This document shows positions 60,496-64,000 of a stretch of DNA of 64,000 nt, piece after piece. The stretch is from NCBI GenBank assembly GCA_032128375.1, contig JAQBGU010000179.1, positions 60,511-124,510 on the forward strand. The letters run 5' to 3'. This stretch comes from Deltaproteobacteria bacterium (lineage in GTDB: Bacteria > Myxococcota_A > UBA9160 > SMWR01). Made by a program: the position numbers and the translations under genes. Each line of letters opens with the position of its first letter. Positions within the stretch are counted from its first letter, which is position 1. Below the pieces are notes generated by a model. The model was given only the letters and a program-made list of their open reading frames with translations. It searched no databases and was not told the DNA's origin.

Positions 60496-61317
60496 CTATG
60501 AGTCGCTCACGCGGTGGCAAGCCTGGATCAGCCCCAGTGCAGCGAAACGGGAGAACAGCTCGAGCACGCCTCCGGCGTCTGCTCCCGCGGATTCCATCTG
60601 ACTCATGACTTCGCCCAGCGGCCTGCCTTCGAGCAGGCCATGTGCCGCCTGCGCGTTGACCGCGTCGAGTAGCTCGGTCACGACCTCGAAGCCCCGGCGG
60701 TAGACCCACACGGACTGGGGCCGCCTGGCCAGATCGACATCGATCTCCGATCGCTCGCACCCGCGCGCCGCTCGCAGTGCGTGGATCGGCCAAGGCGATG
60801 ACACCAGCGCGACACCCGGCTGAAATCCGATTCGGGCGCTGGCCCAGTCGTCCAGATCCCAGTTTGCTGCGAATGCGAGGTCGCTGGGTTCCTCGACTCG
60901 CGCGTGAAAGCACTCGAACACACACCACTCGAGACTCGCCAGGTCCGGCAAGAAGGGGAGCTTGCCGGCGAGCCGATCCGACACGAGAAAGCCCGGTAGA
61001 GCCCGACCGACCGAATTGAGGTTGCACCAACCCGTCGGAATCTGCGGTCGATAGCGCTCCAGCAACGAAGCCAGCGAGCCATCGCCGAGAATCTTCACCA
61101 CCGCGGGAAACGCCTCTAGCAGCGCCTCGCGAAGACGCGCTTTATACCCACCTGTGTAGATGCCGAGGCGCGTGCCGATATCTACACCGGTCGGCACCGA
61201 CACAAGGGACTCGAGACCGAGGGCGCGCCTGTTGGGGACGAGTTGATCTGGGGCATGCTCACCTAACACCAGGGTCGCCAGGCTCTGCTGGAGGTCAGCG
61301 AGGGTCGGAGATGTCAT
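60496..61317 (-). CDS. DUF2063 (BufC/HvfC-like) MNIO partner protein
   Basis: L..LQ...., RLGIY..GY..RL.EAL...FP.V...LG, DLA.LEW. Start at the ATG 61317. Confidence 0.85.
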   Translation of the reverse strand: MTSPTLADLQQSLATLVLGEHAPDQLVPNRRALGLESLVSVPTGVDIGTRLGIYTGGYKARLREALLEAFPAVVKILGDGSLASLLERYRPQIPTGWCNLNSVGRALPGFLVSDRLAGKLPFLPDLASLEWCVFECFHARVEEPSDLAFAANWDLDDWASARIGFQPGVALVSSPWPIHALRAARGCERSEIDVDLARRPQSVWVYRRGFEVVTELLDAVNAQAAHGLLEGRPLGEVMSQMESAGADAGGVLELFSRFAALGLIQACHRVSDS

Positions 61318-61334
61318 GTGTAGCCTCGTGCGAA

Positions 61335-62297
61335 TCAGCCCGGTCCTTCGGGGCCCTCGAGCTGCAGTACCGCAGCCTCGACGCACCTTGCCCGATCGAC
61401 TTCCTCGCCGAGACGCGACCAGCTGGGAATGTCCGCGTCCCACTCGACCATGGTAGTCCGCTGTCCTATGTGCCCGATCGCGTGTCGATACAGCGCCCAG
61501 ACTTCTTCGCTGACTGGTCGACTGTGAGTGTCGAAGAGGTAGCCATCCATTGCTTCGAACCCGGCCAGGTGGATTTGTCCAACGCGTTCCGGTGCAATCG
61601 CGTCGATGTAACGATACGGGTCGAGACCCATGTTCGTGCAGGTCACGTGTACGTTGTTCACATCGAGCAACAATCCGCAGTCCGCACGCTGCGCCAGCTC
61701 CGTCAGAAATTCGGCCTCGGGAATATTCGTGCACTTCCAGCCGAGGTATGTCGATGGATTTTCGAGCAGGATGCGACACCCGAGTCGATCCTGAACCTCG
61801 CGAACCCGGGTGGCGACGTGCTCCAGAATTTCTTCGGTCATCGGCAGTGGGAGCAGGTCAAAGAGTTGTCGGCCAGCGAAGCTGCTCCAGCACAGATGGT
61901 CGCTGACGATCACCGGTTCTATCCGCGCGACGAGTGCGGATAGCGCATCGAGGTAGTCGGCGTCGAGGCGATCTACCCCTCCTATCGACAGTGCGACACC
62001 GTGCAGCGCAACCGGGTAGTCGCGACGCACCGCCTCGAGCACGGCCAGCGGTCGTCCGCCGGTCTCCAGGTAGTTCTCGCTGATCGCTTCGAACCAATCG
62101 ACTCTCGAACCCGAATCAACTCTCGAACCCGAATCAACTTTCGAACCCGAATCAACTCTCGACTCGGCAGTGGAATCGGGAAGCGAACCTCCGGGCGAAA
62201 TTCCGCCCAGGACATCTTCGTAATGCTCGGCGCGCAGGCCCGCGCCGAACCCCAGCTGGGGCCAACGCTTGCTCGGGCCTGCGCGCCCATCTCTCAC
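61335..62297 (-). CDS. DUF692 multinuclear non-heme iron oxidase (MNIO; BufB/HvfB-like)
   Basis: G.GLR..HY, WFE..SENY, HGV.LSIG, SDHLCW, DLLPLP, LENPS.Y, LLDVNN, IHLAG, DTH, EWD..IP. Confidence 0.95.
   Translation of the reverse strand: MRDGRAGPSKRWPQLGFGAGLRAEHYEDVLGGISPGGSLPDSTAESRVDSGSKVDSGSRVDSGSRVDWFEAISENYLETGGRPLAVLEAVRRDYPVALHGVALSIGGVDRLDADYLDALSALVARIEPVIVSDHLCWSSFAGRQLFDLLPLPMTEEILEHVATRVREVQDRLGCRILLENPSTYLGWKCTNIPEAEFLTELAQRADCGLLLDVNNVHVTCTNMGLDPYRYIDAIAPERVGQIHLAGFEAMDGYLFDTHSRPVSEEVWALYRHAIGHIGQRTTMVEWDADIPSWSRLGEEVDRARCVEAAVLQLEGPEGPG
62096..62162 (-). repeat. 18-bp in-frame tandem repeat (about 3.7 copies) inside the MNIO gene
   Basis: aatcaactctcgaacccg units; encodes SRVDSG-SKVDSG-SRVDSG-SRVD. 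Confidence 0.92.
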
Positions 62298-62301
62298 GCG
62301 G

Positions 62302-62574
62302 CTACTGCTTCTCCGCAGTGAGCCGGCCGCCTTCGATCTTCAGACAGGTTTCCTCATCGATATCGAGATATCCCTGCCCCTTGCAACTGTTTTCACCTGC
62401 ACAGGAGTGTCCCTTGCCGCCGCATGACCCCGTGCCTTTGCATTTGTTGACGCCATAGCAGTGAACCTTGTCGCCCGCTTCCGCCTGAGCGGTCGTGGTC
62501 CCACCAGCCATGACCAGCAATCCAGCGACTGCAGACGCCAACAGCGCGCCGCCGTTCTTGACACTTTCTCTCAT
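62302..62574 (-). CDS. Cys-rich exported RiPP precursor, bufferin (BufA2-like)
   Basis: Sec signal (..TAQA), then C.GVN.CKG...C......CAG.NSCKGQG......C; GGAG RBS before 62574. Confidence 0.85.
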   Translation of the reverse strand: MRESVKNGGALLASAVAGLLVMAGGTTTAQAEAGDKVHCYGVNKCKGTGSCGGKGHSCAGENSCKGQGYLDIDEETCLKIEGGRLTAEKQ

Positions 62575-62621
62575 GGGTTTCTCCATGCTCTTTGTGGCTG
62601 CCGGGTGGCCGCCGTTTCGAA

Positions 62622-63218
62622 TCACGCGTCGAGCAGACCCTCGACATCGATGCGAATCTCGATCTCCTCTCCCACCAGCACTCCGCCGGTTTCGAGCAGC
62701 TCGTTCCAGTTGAGCCCGTAGTCGCGGCGGTTGATTGTCAGATCTGCCCGGAAGCCAGCGCGCACATTGCCCCAGGGGTCCTTGCCGCTCCCCAGGAATT
62801 TCACGTCGAGAACCACAGGCTTCGTAACACCGTGTAGCGTCAAATTGCCGGCAATCTTTCCGGTCTTGCCAGAGGCGTCGGTGACCGTCACCTGGGTGCT
62901 CTCGAACTCGAGCTTCGGGAATTTCTCTACGTCGAAGAAGTCGGCACTGCGCAGGTGCTTGTCGCGCTTGGCGTTGTTGGTGTTGATGCTCGCAGCCTCA
63001 ATGCTCCCACGGACAATGCTCGTCTTGGGATCGCTGGGATCGAAAACGATCGTGCCCTCGAACTGATCGAAGCGCCCTTGCACGCTTGTGAACAGGTGAC
63101 TCACGGAGAAGCTCACAGTGGTGTGGGCCGAATCGACCTTCCAGCTCTCGGCCTGGCTCGACTGTGCGAGGCCAGCGACCAACAGGGTCGCGAGCCAGAG
63201 GCGGGGCGAAATTCTCAT
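62622..63218 (-). CDS. YceI family lipid/polyisoprenoid-binding protein
   Basis: Signal peptide; W.VD.AHT.V.F.V.H, SI.T....RD.HLRS.DFF, G.LTLHGVTK, DPWG. Confidence 0.92.
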   Translation of the reverse strand: MRISPRLWLATLLVAGLAQSSQAESWKVDSAHTTVSFSVSHLFTSVQGRFDQFEGTIVFDPSDPKTSIVRGSIEAASINTNNAKRDKHLRSADFFDVEKFPKLEFESTQVTVTDASGKTGKIAGNLTLHGVTKPVVLDVKFLGSGKDPWGNVRAGFRADLTINRRDYGLNWNELLETGGVLVGEEIEIRIDVEGLLDA

Positions 63219-63319
63219 GATGGAACAATCCTCCTTGCATGGCTCGCCACATGCGGGGTACCCGAGCTTGGGTTGTAGACCTGTGCGAGTGAAGTACCCG
63301 GGAAGGCCATACTGGTTCC

Positions 63320-63346
63320 TTACGATTGTCGCAGCAAACCGGTTAC
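63320..63346 (-). promoter_or_regulatory. ECF-sigma promoter GTAACC-N16-CGTAA upstream of the yceI-buf operon
   Basis: Minus strand reads GTAACC ggtttgctgcgacaat CGTAA, about 100 nt before the yceI ATG. Confidence 0.6.
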
Positions 63347-63410
63347 TGGCACTGACGCATTGGTTCTCGGCGCGCGATATTTCAGCCGCGTGCGCCATTG
63401 CGGCTCGCCC

Positions 63411-63498
63411 ACCTCTTTACCTCTTTACCTCTCTACCTCTTGACCTCTCTACCTCTTTTACCTCTCTACCTCTTTTGCCTCTCTACCTCGTACCTCTC
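63411..63498. repeat. Eleven 7-9-bp (A/G)CCTC-N2-4 tandem units
   Basis: acctcttt acctcttt acctctct acctcttg acctctct acctctttt ... Confidence 0.9.
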
Positions 63499-64000
63499 GC
63501 AAGAGACGCTGGATCTCGCGGGCAAACAGCCACAGTCGATCCTGTCCCCACAAAGCGAGTGCCTCATTTCCGTCGGCGTCCAGCAGGCGGAAGCTCGGTA
63601 CACCCCAGGAACCGAATTGGTACATCGAGACGCGGTTGGCCTCGAGCTCGTCTTCGAAATCGCGATTTCCCATGATGGCCTTGGCTTCTGGCCATGAAAG
63701 TCCTGCGTTCTCCACAACGACTCGCATTCCCCGGTCGTTGTTGGTGTTCACGCCGTCGTAGAACGCCGCCCGCAGGAAGCTGCTCAAGAGCTCGATTCCC
63801 TTGCCGCGCTCACGTGCCCAGGGATACAGCGAGTAGCCATTTCGCGTTGGCTCCCCGATCGGGTCGTAGATCTTTCCCCAATCGAGTCCCATCGCGGCCG
63901 CTTCCCGCGCTGTGTCGGAAAAAATGTACAGGCCCTTCTGTCGCGTGGCGGGGACACCTCGCATCACCATCGGGAGAACCGGTCTCATCACCAGCGCGAC
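63458..64000 (-). CDS. DsbA family / 2-hydroxychromene-2-carboxylate isomerase-like protein, C-terminal part
   Basis: RPVLPMVMRG, D..REA, G.WGVPSF, WGQDRLW; frame is open to the window end. Confidence 0.8.
   Translation of the reverse strand, partial: VALVMRPVLPMVMRGVPATRQKGLYIFSDTAREAAAMGLDWGKIYDPIGEPTRNGYSLYPWARERGKGIELLSSFLRAAFYDGVNTNNDRGMRVVVENAGLSWPEAKAIMGNRDFEDELEANRVSMYQFGSWGVPSFRLLDADGNEALALWGQDRLWLFAREIQRLLREVRGREAKEVER

Noticed and set aside
61318..61779. N-terminal extension of the DUF2063 ORF
   Set aside because: Overlaps DUF692 on the same strand; family similarity starts at MTSPT (61317).
62096..63498. CRISPR-like arrays
   Set aside because: Repeats are head-to-tail with no unique spacers, and there are no cas genes.
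1..64000. tRNA, rRNA, riboswitch, transposase or integrase
   Set aside because: None recognised by eye; covariance-model searches would be needed to exclude small RNAs.

Overview
GC-rich bacterial window (lineage not determinable from sequence alone; gene content would fit a Myxococcota/Deltaproteobacteria-like environmental organism). It has four blocks. (1) 1-33.3 kb: exosortase/PEP-CTERM-type exopolysaccharide locus with GT4 glycosyltransferases, Wzy-like polymerase, Wzx flippase, NAD-sugar epimerase, pyruvyl- and methyltransferases, an MBOAT+SGNH acetylation pair, deacetylase, FemAB-like protein and heparinase II/III-like protein. It also holds a 2280-aa repeat-rich S8 protease, an exosortase homolog lacking the catalytic residues, and several decayed gene relics. 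(2) 33.4-47.5 kb: lipid/xenobiotic catabolism genes (serine hydrolase, GNAT, FAD monooxygenase, amidohydrolase, F420-dependent Ddn-like, GFA, PhyH, BVMO, TetR, SDRs, VOC). (3) 47.7-59 kb: glycan-decoration island with SGNH proteins, methyltransferase, an SxtJ / carbamoyltransferase / DUF5989 trio, sulfotransferase, a second MBOAT+SGNH pair and a radical SAM enzyme. (4) 59-64 kb: thiolase, a bufferin-like MNIO RiPP operon (yceI-precursor-DUF692-DUF2063) behind an ECF-type promoter, and a partial DsbA-like gene. Top hypothesis: a 54-aa membrane peptide missing from the ORF track ends in YIYTLF, mirroring the DltX/AlgI Tyr acyl-shuttle tail, which suggests a trans-membrane carbamoyl relay for surface-glycan modification. 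No rRNA, tRNA, CRISPR or transposase was recognised. All family calls are by eye, without database searches.
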